From Chloroflexota bacterium (GTDB lineage Bacteria > Chloroflexota > Limnocylindria > Limnocylindrales > CSP1-4): 64,000 nt of DNA. The notes under the pieces are model-generated. The model was given only the letters and a program-made list of their open reading frames with translations, was not told the origin of the DNA and did no database searches. The first letter of the stretch is position 1. Each line of letters starts with the position of its first letter. A program made the position numbers and the translations under genes. Below are positions 8,656 to 18,470 of the stretch, in pieces. The stretch spans positions 15,913-79,912 of the forward strand of contig VBFG01000048.1 of the NCBI GenBank assembly GCA_005882635.1. The letters run 5' to 3'.

Positions 8656-9201
8656 TCAGCTGATGCGGGTCACGACGAACGGGTTCTGGAGCGGGTGGTG
8701 GTTCGCCCGACCGATCCAGATCCGGCTGATTGGCAGCTTGGCCCCGTTGAGTGAGCCACCGAAGGTCAGCCGCCGAGCGCAATCGGTCCGGAAGTTGAGG
8801 CCGTCCACCGCGCCGTAGTTCGTGAACCGGTAGGTCAACGTCAGTCGATCGGCGCTGAGGGCGATGAAGTCGCTGCCCTCGAGTCGGACGGCTCGCGCCG
8901 TCATCGGCGCGCTCGACACGATCCGTCCGCTGAAGACGGCGCGCGTCGTGCCGCGGTGCGTCACGCGGAGATGCCAGCCGTAGGCGTCGTGCCAGATGTA
9001 GTCGCCCGCCGCCGCACCGGCGTGCCAGAGAGTCGGCACGCCCTGGACGGCGGCCGGCCAGTGACCGTCGGTGCAGGCCGTCGTCGTCGTCACCGTCGTC
9101 GAGCCGGCCGTCGCGGCGAGCGTCGTCGCCGGTGTAACGAGCACAGCCGTGAGCGTCAGGAGGCCGACCAGGCCACCGAGGAGCGGGCGTCGGATCGTCA
9201 T
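8656..9201 (-). CDS. secreted hypothetical protein
   Basis: Signal peptide MTIRRPLLGGLVGLLTLTAVLVTPATTLA; beta-rich mature region (YIWHDAYGWHLRVT). Confidence 0.7.
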   Translation of the reverse strand: MTIRRPLLGGLVGLLTLTAVLVTPATTLAATAGSTTVTTTTACTDGHWPAAVQGVPTLWHAGAAAGDYIWHDAYGWHLRVTHRGTTRAVFSGRIVSSAPMTARAVRLEGSDFIALSADRLTLTYRFTNYGAVDGLNFRTDCARRLTFGGSLNGAKLPISRIWIGRANHHPLQNPFVVTRIS

Positions 9202-9373
9202 CGCGAGGTCTCCATGGCGAGGTTTGGTCTCGCGCACCGTCCTGTTCCGACGTACGAGCGTCTTCCTCACGACGTCAGCAGAAGGTAAGACGGCGCTCGC
9301 GACGATCGGTATCCTTCTGCCGTTCCTCCCAGGCGGACCCCACTCCGTCGATCAGACACGTCAGGTGGTGCCC

Positions 9374-10543
9374 ATGAAGGTCGGCGTCGCCAAGGAGACC
9401 GCGCCGGGCGAACGGCGCGTCGCCCTGGTACCCGAAGGGCTCGGCAAGCTTACGGCCGCCGGGCTCGAGATCCTCGTCGAACGCGGCGCCGGTGATGGCG
9501 CGGCGATCCCCGACTCGGCCTACGCCGAAGCGGGGGCGACCGTCGTCTCGACCGTCGACCTGTACAGGCAGTCGGACGTGATCCTCCGCGTCCAGAAGCC
9601 GTCCGACTCGGAGGTCAAGGTCATGCGCAAGGGCCAGGCCGTCCTCGGCCTGCTCCAGCCGCTGATCGATCCGAAGACAGCCGCAGCCCTCGCCGAACAG
9701 GGGGTCACCGCGATCAGCCTCGACGCGATCCCGAGGACGCTCAGCCGGGCCCAGTCGATGGATGCGCTCAGCTCCCAGGCGAACGTCGGCGGCTACAAGG
9801 CGGTCCTGATCGCGGCCAACGAGTACGGCCGCTATTTCCCGCTCCTGACGACCGCCGCCGGCACGGCCAAGCCGGCGAACGTCCTGATCCTCGGAATCGG
9901 CGTCGCCGGGCTCCAGGCGATCGGCACGGCCCGCCGGCTCGGCGCGGTGGTCAAGGCCTACGACGTCCGACCGGAAACCCGCGAGCAGGCGGAAAGCCTC
10001 GGCGCGCAGTTCGTCAAGCTCAAGACCACGATCGACGCGACCGGCGCCGGAGGCTATGCCCGGGAGCTGACGCCCGAGGAGCGCGCCGCCCAGCAGGCAG
10101 AGCTCAACGAGGTCATCGGCGGCATGGACATCGTCATCACGACGGCCCAGGTGCCGGGCCGCAAGCCGCCGGTCCTCGTAACGGCCGAGGCGGTCGCCCA
10201 GATGAAGCCGGGCTCGATCATCGTCGACATGGCGGCATCCGCCCTCGGCGGGAACTGCGAGCTGTCGCGGGCCGGGAAGACGATCACGACCGACAACGGG
10301 GTCACGATCGTCTCGCCCGACAACCTGCCGGCGACGATGCCGGCCGGCGCGTCGGCCTTCTACGCGCGGAACATCTCATCCCTGCTGCTCGGGATGGTCA
10401 AGAACGGCCAGCTCGACCTCGACTTCGACGACGAGGTGACGAAGGCGACGGTCATCTCGAAGGACGGCGAGGTCATCGCCGAGCCGGTCAAGAAGCTGCT
10501 CGAGCCCGCGACCGCGGCGAGCATCCCCGGAGGCGCCGCGTGA
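9374..10543 (+). CDS. pntAA: NAD(P) transhydrogenase alpha subunit part 1 (dI)
   Basis: MKVGVAKETAPGERRVAL, RAQSMDALSSQANVGGYKA, GIGVAGLQAI. Confidence 0.95.
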   Translation: MKVGVAKETAPGERRVALVPEGLGKLTAAGLEILVERGAGDGAAIPDSAYAEAGATVVSTVDLYRQSDVILRVQKPSDSEVKVMRKGQAVLGLLQPLIDPKTAAALAEQGVTAISLDAIPRTLSRAQSMDALSSQANVGGYKAVLIAANEYGRYFPLLTTAAGTAKPANVLILGIGVAGLQAIGTARRLGAVVKAYDVRPETREQAESLGAQFVKLKTTIDATGAGGYARELTPEERAAQQAELNEVIGGMDIVITTAQVPGRKPPVLVTAEAVAQMKPGSIIVDMAASALGGNCELSRAGKTITTDNGVTIVSPDNLPATMPAGASAFYARNISSLLLGMVKNGQLDLDFDDEVTKATVISKDGEVIAEPVKKLLEPATAASIPGGAA

Positions 10544-10869
10544 GCCCGACAGAGATCAGCGCGTTCCTCGCGAACTTCACGGTCTTCACTCTCGCCATCC
10601 TGTGCGGTTTCGCCGTCATCTCGAAGGTTCCGGCAACCCTCCACACGCCGTTGATGTCGGGGGCGAACTCGATCCATGGGATCGTCCTGGTCGGCTCGAT
10701 GTTCATCGCCGTCAACGCGACGGACCCGCTCAGCCAGCTCCTGTCGCTGGTGGCGGTGGCATTCGCGACGATGAACGTCGTCGGCGGCTACGTCGTCACC
10801 GACCGGATGCTCCAGATGTTCAAGCGCAAGCCGGTCGCGGCACCGAAGGCCGACAAGACGGAGGCCTGA
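10540..10869 (+). CDS. pntAB: NAD(P) transhydrogenase alpha subunit part 2
   Basis: KVPATLHTPLMSGANSIHG and NVVGGYVVTDRMLQMF. Confidence 0.95.
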   Translation: MSPTEISAFLANFTVFTLAILCGFAVISKVPATLHTPLMSGANSIHGIVLVGSMFIAVNATDPLSQLLSLVAVAFATMNVVGGYVVTDRMLQMFKRKPVAAPKADKTEA

Positions 10870-10873
10870 GGCG

Positions 10874-12298
10874 ATGATCGACATCAACGCCCTCGATCCG
10901 CTCGTCCGGCTCGCCTGGCTCGTCGGGGCCGTGGCGTTCGTGCTGGGCCTGATCCGGATGAACTCGCCGGCGACGGCGCGGAACGGCAACCTCGTCTCGG
11001 CCGGCGGGATGGCGGTCGCGATCGTCGCGACCGCCGTCTATCTGCTCCTGCGGCCGAACGACTCGACCGGCAACAACCTCCTGATCGGGTGGCTGATCAT
11101 CGTCGTCGGCATCGCGATTGGCGGCGGGCTCGGCCTCTACTCGGCGCGGACCGTGAAGATGACCGCGATGCCCCAGCTGGTGTCGCTGTTCAATGCAATG
11201 GGCGGCGGCGCGGCGGCCCTGATCGCGATCGACGGCTATCTCCGGATCTCGGCCGCGCCGGGCCTCCAGGAGAACGTCGCGACCGTCCTCGACATCGTCA
11301 TCGGCTCGATCACGTTCACCGGCTCGCTGATCGCCTCGGGCAAGCTGATGGGCCGGATCCCGGGCAAGCCGATCCAGGTGCCGGGCGGCCAGCTCGTGAC
11401 CGCGGCCCTGGCGATCGTCGTCGTCGTCGGGGCGATCTTCCTCTGGCTCGGCAACTACAGCCTCGTCCTGATGTTCCTCATCCTCGCCGCGTCGCTCACG
11501 TTCGGCGTGACGATGACCCTGCCGATCGGCGGAGCGGACATGCCGGTCGTCATCTCGCTCCTCAACTCGTTCACGGGCACGGCCGTCGCGATGGCCGGGT
11601 TCGTGCTGGAGAACCCCGTCCTGATCATCGCCGGTGCCCTCGTCGGTGCGTCCGGCGCGATCCTGACCAAGCTCATGGCCGACGCGATGAACCGCTCGGT
11701 CATCAACATCATGATCGGCGGGTTCGGCGGCGGCGACTCCGTCGCCGGCGCGGTCGGGGCGGAGGGCGCGTCGGTCCGTGAGCTCGGCGTCGACGACGCC
11801 GCGATCCAGCTGGCGTACGCCCAGCACGTGATCGTCGTCCCGGGCTACGGGCTCGCCGTCGCCCAGGCCCAGCACGCCGTCCGCGAGCTGGCGGAGCTCC
11901 TCGAGGAGCGCGGCGTCGACGTGAAGTACGCCATCCACCCGGTCGCCGGGCGGATGCCCGGCCACATGAACGTCCTCCTCGCCGAGGCGAACGTGCCCTA
12001 CCCCCAACTCAAGGAGATGGACGACATCAACCCGGAGTTCGAGCGGGCCGACGTCGCCCTGGTCGTCGGGGCGAACGACGTCACGAACCCGGCCGCTCGA
12101 CGCACCGGCACGCCGGTGTCAGGAATGCCGATCCTCGACGTCGACCGTGCCAAGTCGATCGTCGTCATCAAGCGGTCGATGGGCAAGGGCTACGCCGGCA
12201 TCGACAACGAGCTCTACACGAACCCCAAGACCGGGATGCTCTTCGCCGACGCGAAGGAAGGCCTGGCCTCGCTGGTCGCCGCGGTCAAGGCGCTCTGA
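10874..12298 (+). CDS. pntB: NAD(P) transhydrogenase beta subunit
   Basis: MTAMPQLV, IGGADMPVVISLLNS, VPGYGLAVAQAQ, HPVAGRMPGHMNVLLAEA. Confidence 0.97.
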   Translation: MIDINALDPLVRLAWLVGAVAFVLGLIRMNSPATARNGNLVSAGGMAVAIVATAVYLLLRPNDSTGNNLLIGWLIIVVGIAIGGGLGLYSARTVKMTAMPQLVSLFNAMGGGAAALIAIDGYLRISAAPGLQENVATVLDIVIGSITFTGSLIASGKLMGRIPGKPIQVPGGQLVTAALAIVVVVGAIFLWLGNYSLVLMFLILAASLTFGVTMTLPIGGADMPVVISLLNSFTGTAVAMAGFVLENPVLIIAGALVGASGAILTKLMADAMNRSVINIMIGGFGGGDSVAGAVGAEGASVRELGVDDAAIQLAYAQHVIVVPGYGLAVAQAQHAVRELAELLEERGVDVKYAIHPVAGRMPGHMNVLLAEANVPYPQLKEMDDINPEFERADVALVVGANDVTNPAARRTGTPVSGMPILDVDRAKSIVVIKRSMGKGYAGIDNELYTNPKTGMLFADAKEGLASLVAAVKAL

Positions 12299-12326
12299 CG
12301 CCCACGCCGGGTTCGGCCGGCGGCGG

Positions 12327-13025
12327 TCAGTCCCCGCCCGTCGTGGTCTCCATCAGCTCGACGTCGGGAATCTTGGTGATCGCCCCGATCACGTCCTGGC
12401 TCCGGGCACTGGGTGGAAGGCGCACCGTCAGCTCGACCTCATAGCGACCCTTGCCGATCCGCTGGCTGTTGATGCCGGCCATCTCGACCCGCCGGTCCGC
12501 GAGGAGCCGGGACACGTCTCCGAGGGCCTCGAGCCGACCGACCTCGAGACGCAGGCGAATGAGCTGTGCTCCGGGCCGATGGATCCGCGCGACCAACGCG
12601 TTGAGGGGCCACAACGAGAAGACGGTGATGAACGTGCCGACGCCGGCGATCAGCCATTCGCCGGCACCCGCCGCCATCCCGATCGCCGCGGTCGTCCACA
12701 GGCTGGCCGCGGTCGTGAGGCCGCGGATCGACGTCCCGTACTTGAGGATCGCCCCGGCGCCGAGGAAGCCGATCCCGGACACGACCTGGGCAGCGATCCG
12801 GGTCGGATCGACGGTGGGTGCGACGCCGTTCGCGGTGATCCCCTCGAACCCGTAGATCGACAGGACGGTGAAGATCGCCGTCCCGAGCGACACCAGGAGA
12901 TGCGTCCGCATCCCCGCCGGATGCTCGTGGATCTCGCGCTCGAGGCCGATCGCGGCGCCGAGGATCGCGGCAATCAGCATCCGGACGGCCAGGTCGGCCT
13001 GGAGGACGAAGTCGAACGGCGGCAT
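12327..13025 (-). CDS. MgtC/SapB family protein with C-terminal ACT-like domain
   Basis: IGLERE...AGMRTHLLV, DPTRIAAQVVSGIGFLGAG, GLTTAASLW. Confidence 0.92.
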   Translation of the reverse strand: MPPFDFVLQADLAVRMLIAAILGAAIGLEREIHEHPAGMRTHLLVSLGTAIFTVLSIYGFEGITANGVAPTVDPTRIAAQVVSGIGFLGAGAILKYGTSIRGLTTAASLWTTAAIGMAAGAGEWLIAGVGTFITVFSLWPLNALVARIHRPGAQLIRLRLEVGRLEALGDVSRLLADRRVEMAGINSQRIGKGRYEVELTVRLPPSARSQDVIGAITKIPDVELMETTTGGD

Positions 13026-13087
13026 GAACGAACGGCCTCCGGCTCGGACGGGGACTGTCGAGAGAAGTCTAGGGGCCCGCGGACCGC

Positions 13088-13579
13088 TCAGTCGTGGTGG
13101 TGCGGCTCCTCGGGCTGGCTGACGTCGGCGACCCGGGCTCCGAGCGCCGCGATCAGGTCCGCCGGGGCCAGGTGGAGGTTGATCCCGAAGCCGCCGCCGC
13201 CGACGGAGACGACCGGCTCGCCGACGATCGCCGCGTCGGCGACGACCGGCCACGCCCGAGTCGACCCGAACGGCGTGATCGTGTACCGCTCGTAGCCGGT
13301 CATCGCCTTCGCCTCGTCGGCATCCGGCAGGGTCATCCGGCGGACGCCGAGCAGCTCTCGCAGCTTCGGCCAGTCGAACCGGCGGCCGGCCGGGACGAGC
13401 ACGAAGAGGTAGTCGCCCTCGCCGCGCCGGACGACGATCGTTCGGAGGAGTTGGTGCGTCTCGATCCCCTGGAACCGGGCCGACTCCTCCGCGCTCGAGG
13501 CGCGTTCGGTCCGGACGACGCGATGCGGGACACCGGCCGCGGCGATCGCCTCGATGGCCGGGGTCGTCGGGTCAGCCAT
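13088..13579 (-). CDS. YbaK/EbsC family aminoacyl-tRNA deacylase
   Basis: SAEESA, TIVVR, TGYERYTITPFG and SVGGGGFG match the YbaK/ProX fold. Confidence 0.85.
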   Translation of the reverse strand: MADPTTPAIEAIAAAGVPHRVVRTERASSAEESARFQGIETHQLLRTIVVRRGEGDYLFVLVPAGRRFDWPKLRELLGVRRMTLPDADEAKAMTGYERYTITPFGSTRAWPVVADAAIVGEPVVSVGGGGFGINLHLAPADLIAALGARVADVSQPEEPHHHD

Positions 13580-14375
13580 CCGCCTCACTGTCTGGATCGA
13601 CGAGCTCCAGCCGGATGCGCTTGTTGATCCGGCCTTTCGACTCGTAGCCGGTCACCCGGATCGAGCCGACCTCGGACGTGTTCGAGACGTGGGTCCCGCC
13701 GTCGGCCTGCAGGTCGAGGCCGACGATCTCGATCGTCCGGATCTCTTCGATCCCCGCGGGCAGGAGGTTGATCTTCGTCCGGATCAGGTCCGGGATCGCG
13801 AACGCCTCCGCGCGGGGCAGGACGCTGACCCGAACATCACGCTTGGCCGCGAGCTCGGCGTTGACGCTCGCCTCGATCTCCGCCACGAGATCGCCGCTCA
13901 TCCGCTCGAACTCGAAGTCCATCCGGCCGCTGCCCGGCACCATGTTGCCGCCGGTGACCTTGGCGCCGTGGTCCCGCCAGACGACCCCGCACAGGGCGTG
14001 GAGGGCGGTGTGCGTCCGCATCAGCGCGTAGCGCCGCGGCCAGTCGAGGTCGACCGTCAGGAGGTCTCCGCGCGCGGGCGGCGGCGTCCCTTCCGGCTCG
14101 AGCTCATGGACGATGTCGCCGCCCGACTTCCTCGCGCCGCGGACGGTCCAGGCCTGTCCATCGGCCGCCCGGAGGAGCATCCCGCGGTCCGCCGGCTGGC
14201 CGCCACCGCCCGGATAGAAGATCGTCCGGTCGAGGACGACGAGCGGGGCCTCCCCGCTGGCGTCGACGTCCGCAACCCGGGCCTCGACGGTTCGAGCGTA
14301 CGCGTCCCGATACGCGATCTGGTTGCGGACGTCCACCCGGTCCTCCGGACCGATCGACGAGGCCGGCCGAGTCAT
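13572..14375 (-). CDS. alaX: free-standing alanyl-tRNA editing protein (AlaX)
   Basis: LDRTIFYPGGGGQPADRG, MRTHTALH, QADGGTHV, SKGRINKRI. Confidence 0.92.
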   Translation of the reverse strand: MTRPASSIGPEDRVDVRNQIAYRDAYARTVEARVADVDASGEAPLVVLDRTIFYPGGGGQPADRGMLLRAADGQAWTVRGARKSGGDIVHELEPEGTPPPARGDLLTVDLDWPRRYALMRTHTALHALCGVVWRDHGAKVTGGNMVPGSGRMDFEFERMSGDLVAEIEASVNAELAAKRDVRVSVLPRAEAFAIPDLIRTKINLLPAGIEEIRTIEIVGLDLQADGGTHVSNTSEVGSIRVTGYESKGRINKRIRLELVDPDSEADG

Positions 14376-14380
14376 CTGGC

Positions 14381-14920
14381 CTACCTGACCGTGAGCGTGC
14401 CCTTCATCGTCGTCGGGTGGACCTGGCACATGTAGGCGTAGGTGCCCGCGGTCAGAGCGGGGACCTGGTACTGCCGCTGCCCGGGTCCCGTGAAGAATGA
14501 CGTGTCGCCGGTCACCTGGACGTTCGAGCCGTCCGGGTTGTGGAGGATCAGGTTGTGCGGAGCCTGGTTGTCCTGGTTGTCGAACGTGAGGGTGAACGGC
14601 GTGCCGGCCGCGGCGTCCAGCGTCGTCTGCTGGAACCCGGCCGTGGCCGCCCCGACCGGAGCCGTCACGACGAGGTTGGCGCCGCCGGACGGCGCCGGGC
14701 CACCGCTCGTCGATGGCGCCGGCGAGGAGGCCGCCGAAGGAGCCGCTGACGGGGCTGCCGATGCGGCACCCGAGGCGGCGGGCGATCCGGACGGGGCGCC
14801 CGATCCGGCGGGTGAGGCCGAGGGAGCCGGCGCATAGGTCCAGCCAGGTGTTGCTCCCGACGAACAGGCAACGAGCGCGGCGGCGAGGATCAGCAGGGCG
14901 AGGAGGGACAGACGGCGCAT
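14381..14920 (-). CDS. cupredoxin-domain lipoprotein
   Basis: Lipobox LVAC; Ser/Ala/Pro linker; PHN and YMCQVHPTTMKG type-1 copper ligands. Confidence 0.85.
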   Translation of the reverse strand: MRRLSLLALLILAAALVACSSGATPGWTYAPAPSASPAGSGAPSGSPAASGAASAAPSAAPSAASSPAPSTSGGPAPSGGANLVVTAPVGAATAGFQQTTLDAAAGTPFTLTFDNQDNQAPHNLILHNPDGSNVQVTGDTSFFTGPGQRQYQVPALTAGTYAYMCQVHPTTMKGTLTVR

Positions 14921-15015
14921 GGCGGCGGGTGACCTCGGGTGTTCGCGGGATGGTGGGCGCGGGCGGGAACGGCCCGCACGGCGACCCACCAGGGCAGGCC
15001 GCGTCGAACGCGAAT

Positions 15016-18000
15016 CTACCGCCCGGACGTCGTTCCTGCCGCCGTTGCGTTCGTCAGGCCCAGCCGGATGGCCACGGCCGCAGCCTCGACGCGGCCGGAG
15101 ACGCGCAGCTTGGCGAGGATATTGCCGACGTGGACCCCGACCGTCTTCTGGCTGATGAACAGGCGCTCGCCGATCTCCCGGTTCGTCCGGCCCTCGGCGA
15201 TCAGGGCCAGGACCTCACGTTCGCGACGCGACAGGCCGAACGTGTCGGGTCGCGCGGCGGGTGCCTCGCCGACGATGCCGCGCATCAGCGACGATCGACC
15301 ACCGTCCGGTTCGCCGGTACCGTCCGTTCGGCGCGGCTCCCCCGTGTCCTGGTCGGGCGAGGGTCCGGGGCCCACGGCGACGAGGACCGGCGCCTCCTGG
15401 CCGTTCCCGGCGGCGCTCGCCTGGGCCGCCTCAGCCGTCGCCGCGGTCTCGTCGCCACTCAGCTTGATCATTGCCCGTCCGGCGAGCTCGCGGATCTCAC
15501 GCAGCAGGGGGCGGGCGGCGAGCTCCGTGGCGATCCGCGCCGCGTCGTCCAGCGCCGGGCGGGCGCGGGCCCGTGCCGAGCGGCCCTCGCCGGAGCCGAG
15601 GATCGCTTCGGCCTGGTGCCAGCGGGCCTTGGCCAGCTCGTATGGGTTGGCAAGGGCCGCCCAGGCAGCCGACAGGCGCTCCCAGGTACGCGGGTCGTCG
15701 CGACCCTCCAGCCGGTCCCGGTGAGCCGCCGCCTGGGCCAGCCACGCATCCGCCTCGCGACGCGACCCGATCGTCGCCCGGACGCCGGATCGGTCGACAG
15801 CCGCCCGGGCCGTGGAGACAACGTCGCGTGACCTCGACCGGATCGCGGCCAGGGCGGCGAGATCGCGTCGCGCGCCCGCGTCGGCGGCCGCCGTCGAGTC
15901 GACTTCGGCGACCGTCGCCGCCATCTTCGCGATCAGGCTCCAGTCGCCGCTGTCCTTGACGAGCGCCCAGCCCCGGCCGGCGGCGCGGCCGGCGTCGGCG
16001 TGATCGCCCTGCCACAAGGCGAGTGAGGCCGCGGCGCGGTAGATGCGCACGGCGTACTGGGCGTCGCTGACCGTCTCCAGTCCGACGATCATCTCGCCGA
16101 GGCGTCGACGGGCGGCCTCGCCGGCGTTCGTCTCGATCTCGACGATCGCCAGGCTGTCGATCGGGCGGCCGATCGCTCCGGGCGGGTTCCACTCGAGCGC
16201 CGTCGCGCTCATCGCGCTCGACTCTGGCCAGCGTCCGAGGAGGTAGAGAGAGTCGGAGGCGTTCGCCCGGAGGAAGTTGCCGTAGACCGCCTCCAGCCCG
16301 GCCCGCCGCGACGCCTCGATCCCCTCGAAGGCAACCTCGACGGCCTCGCCGCGCCGGCCGACGAGGTCGAGAACAGTCGTCAGGTTGGCGTAGACGCGGA
16401 ACAGCTCGTCGAGGTCACCGCTCTCCTCCGCCCGCGTCCGCGCCTCGCGGAGGAGGGCGACGCCCGCCTCGGGCTCGTCGCCCCAGCCGAGGCCGACACC
16501 GAGAGTCGTCGTGGCGTGGAGCACCACTCCATCCCCGGCCGGGCCGAGGGCCCTCGCGATCTCGATCGCCTCGTTCGCCAGCTGCTCGGCTCGGTCGAAG
16601 GACCCGTCGATCATCAGGCCCTGGGCGAGGGCCGCGATGACGGTCGCCCTCTCGAGGCTCGGCTGGGCCGGGACGAGGTCGACGGCTCGCTCGAACGCAG
16701 CGAGGGACCCGGCCCGATCGCCGGCGGCTCGTCGATACCGGCCGAGCCGCTCGTGAATCATCCCGAGCTCGAGGCGGTCCCGGCGCTCGTCGAAGCGATT
16801 GACGAGCGCGTCCACGTAGGCGACGGCACGGGCTGGTCGACCAGCCGCGAAGGCGGCCTCCGCGGCCCGCAGATGAAGCGTCGTCGCGATGTCGTCGCTC
16901 TGGGTGGGCGCGGTCTTGGGCCGCGGCGCAGGCGTGGTTCCGGCGTCCGCGGCAGTCCTCGGCTCGAGCAGGGAGAGGGCCAGCTCGATCGCCGCCAGGG
17001 CGTCCTCCGGAGCGTGGGCCGCTTCGGCACCGCCGGCGGCGTCGACGGCGGAGGCGAAGGCTCGATCCGTGACGTGAGCCTCGAGCCAGTGGTTGGCGGC
17101 CTCGCCGGGATGCGCGACGAGGCCGGTGGCGAGCGCCAGATGATGGCGGCGGCGAACCCGCGGGAGCAGGTCGGCCGACGCGGCGCGCCGGATGTGCTCG
17201 TGGCGGAACGCGATCCCATCCGGCTCGTCGACGAGGATCCCGTGCTCGATCGCCTCGTCGAGACCGGCGCTGAGGTCGGGGTCCAGGGCGCCCTCGCCGC
17301 GCCGCGGCCGCGTCGACGAGCGGGGTGGCAGGCGGTCCGCCGTCAGCTCGAAGGCGGCGGCGGTCTCCGCCAGCTCGTCCCGAGCCACCGGCCGGCCCGA
17401 CGGCGCGAGCAGGCGGATCACTCGCCGCGCTTCGGGGCCGCGCCGTGCCAGGCGGGCGATCACCAGGTCGTCGAACGAGCCGGTGAGGCTCGCGTCGGAA
17501 ACTTCCCGGCGGGCAGCGAGGAGCTCTTCGGCGACGAGGGGTAGGCCGCGTGACCGGTCGGCGACGAGGACGAGGGCGGAGCCGGTCGGGCGTTCGCCTT
17601 CGATGGCCTGGACGAGGTCCGCGAGCTCCGACCGGTCGAACGGCTCGATCCGGATCCGAGCCGGCCCCGACGCGCCAGCGGCAGACAGGTCGGCGAGGGT
17701 CGCGCTGAGCGGGTGGTCGCGGGTCAGCTCGTCGCTGGCATACGTCCCGACGAACGTGACGCGATGGTGGCGCCGGACGCGGGACAGGAACGTGACGAGG
17801 GCGCGCGTCCCGGCGTCCGCGTCGTGGAGATCCTCCAGGATCAGGAACACCGGCTGACGCTCGGACAGCCGGCCGATGACGCCGAGGATCGCCTCGAGGA
17901 CCCGACCCTGGCGGCGCTCCGGGGCGGTGATCGTCGGACGGTCGGGCAGGGCGCCGGCGACGCCGAGCCTGGCCTGGATGTCGGGGAACAGGTGGACGAC

Positions 18001-18324
18001 GTCTTCGACGACAGGACCGACCAGCCCGACGAGCGCGTCGTCGGGCGTCTCGCGGAGCACCGGCCGCAGGGCGCGGACGATCGGACCATAGGGCTCGTCG
18101 GCTCCGGGTCGGAAGGCACGCCCGCGGACGACCGCGAAGGGCTCCGACAAGGCGCCGACGCGGCGGGCGACCTCGTCGAGGAACCGCGTGACGCCGACGC
18201 CGCCCGGGCCGTCCAGCAGGACCGCCGTCGACTCGCCGCCCGCCGCTGCCTCCAGGGCAGGCGCCAGCCGGATGAATGCCGCGTCGCGCCCCACGAATCG
18301 CGCGCCGTCCCTCGTGGCGGGCAT
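15016..18324 (-). CDS. large ATP-binding LuxR (LAL/AAA-TPR-HTH) transcriptional regulator
   Basis: FVGR start, LILEDLHDAD Walker B, GLPL, TPR-like helices, C-terminal LSRREREVLALIAEGRTNREIG LuxR HTH; Walker A is degenerate. Confidence 0.88.
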   Translation of the reverse strand: MPATRDGARFVGRDAAFIRLAPALEAAAGGESTAVLLDGPGGVGVTRFLDEVARRVGALSEPFAVVRGRAFRPGADEPYGPIVRALRPVLRETPDDALVGLVGPVVEDVVHLFPDIQARLGVAGALPDRPTITAPERRQGRVLEAILGVIGRLSERQPVFLILEDLHDADAGTRALVTFLSRVRRHHRVTFVGTYASDELTRDHPLSATLADLSAAGASGPARIRIEPFDRSELADLVQAIEGERPTGSALVLVADRSRGLPLVAEELLAARREVSDASLTGSFDDLVIARLARRGPEARRVIRLLAPSGRPVARDELAETAAAFELTADRLPPRSSTRPRRGEGALDPDLSAGLDEAIEHGILVDEPDGIAFRHEHIRRAASADLLPRVRRRHHLALATGLVAHPGEAANHWLEAHVTDRAFASAVDAAGGAEAAHAPEDALAAIELALSLLEPRTAADAGTTPAPRPKTAPTQSDDIATTLHLRAAEAAFAAGRPARAVAYVDALVNRFDERRDRLELGMIHERLGRYRRAAGDRAGSLAAFERAVDLVPAQPSLERATVIAALAQGLMIDGSFDRAEQLANEAIEIARALGPAGDGVVLHATTTLGVGLGWGDEPEAGVALLREARTRAEESGDLDELFRVYANLTTVLDLVGRRGEAVEVAFEGIEASRRAGLEAVYGNFLRANASDSLYLLGRWPESSAMSATALEWNPPGAIGRPIDSLAIVEIETNAGEAARRRLGEMIVGLETVSDAQYAVRIYRAAASLALWQGDHADAGRAAGRGWALVKDSGDWSLIAKMAATVAEVDSTAAADAGARRDLAALAAIRSRSRDVVSTARAAVDRSGVRATIGSRREADAWLAQAAAHRDRLEGRDDPRTWERLSAAWAALANPYELAKARWHQAEAILGSGEGRSARARARPALDDAARIATELAARPLLREIRELAGRAMIKLSGDETAATAEAAQASAAGNGQEAPVLVAVGPGPSPDQDTGEPRRTDGTGEPDGGRSSLMRGIVGEAPAARPDTFGLSRREREVLALIAEGRTNREIGERLFISQKTVGVHVGNILAKLRVSGRVEAAAVAIRLGLTNATAAGTTSGR

Positions 18325-18470
18325 GACCCATTCTAGGGGCCCGGCGGAGCCAAGAGCCACCCGGTGCGGCCGGCAGCCGAAGGCTCCGTTGCGCCGGCGG
18401 GAACAATCCGGTGCTCCGGTGCCCCGCCCCACGCTGCTCGACTGCGTCCGTCGGCGTGGAAAGGCCGCGT

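Noticed and set aside
9374-12298. Split transhydrogenase alpha subunit as a possible frameshift
   Set aside because: The three-gene pntAA/pntAB/pntB arrangement is well known (e.g. Rhodospirillum rubrum, mycobacteria).
13572-14375. AlaX CxxxH zinc motif reads DGGTH
   Set aside because: QADGGTH is a common variant in AlaX homologs and does not indicate inactivation.
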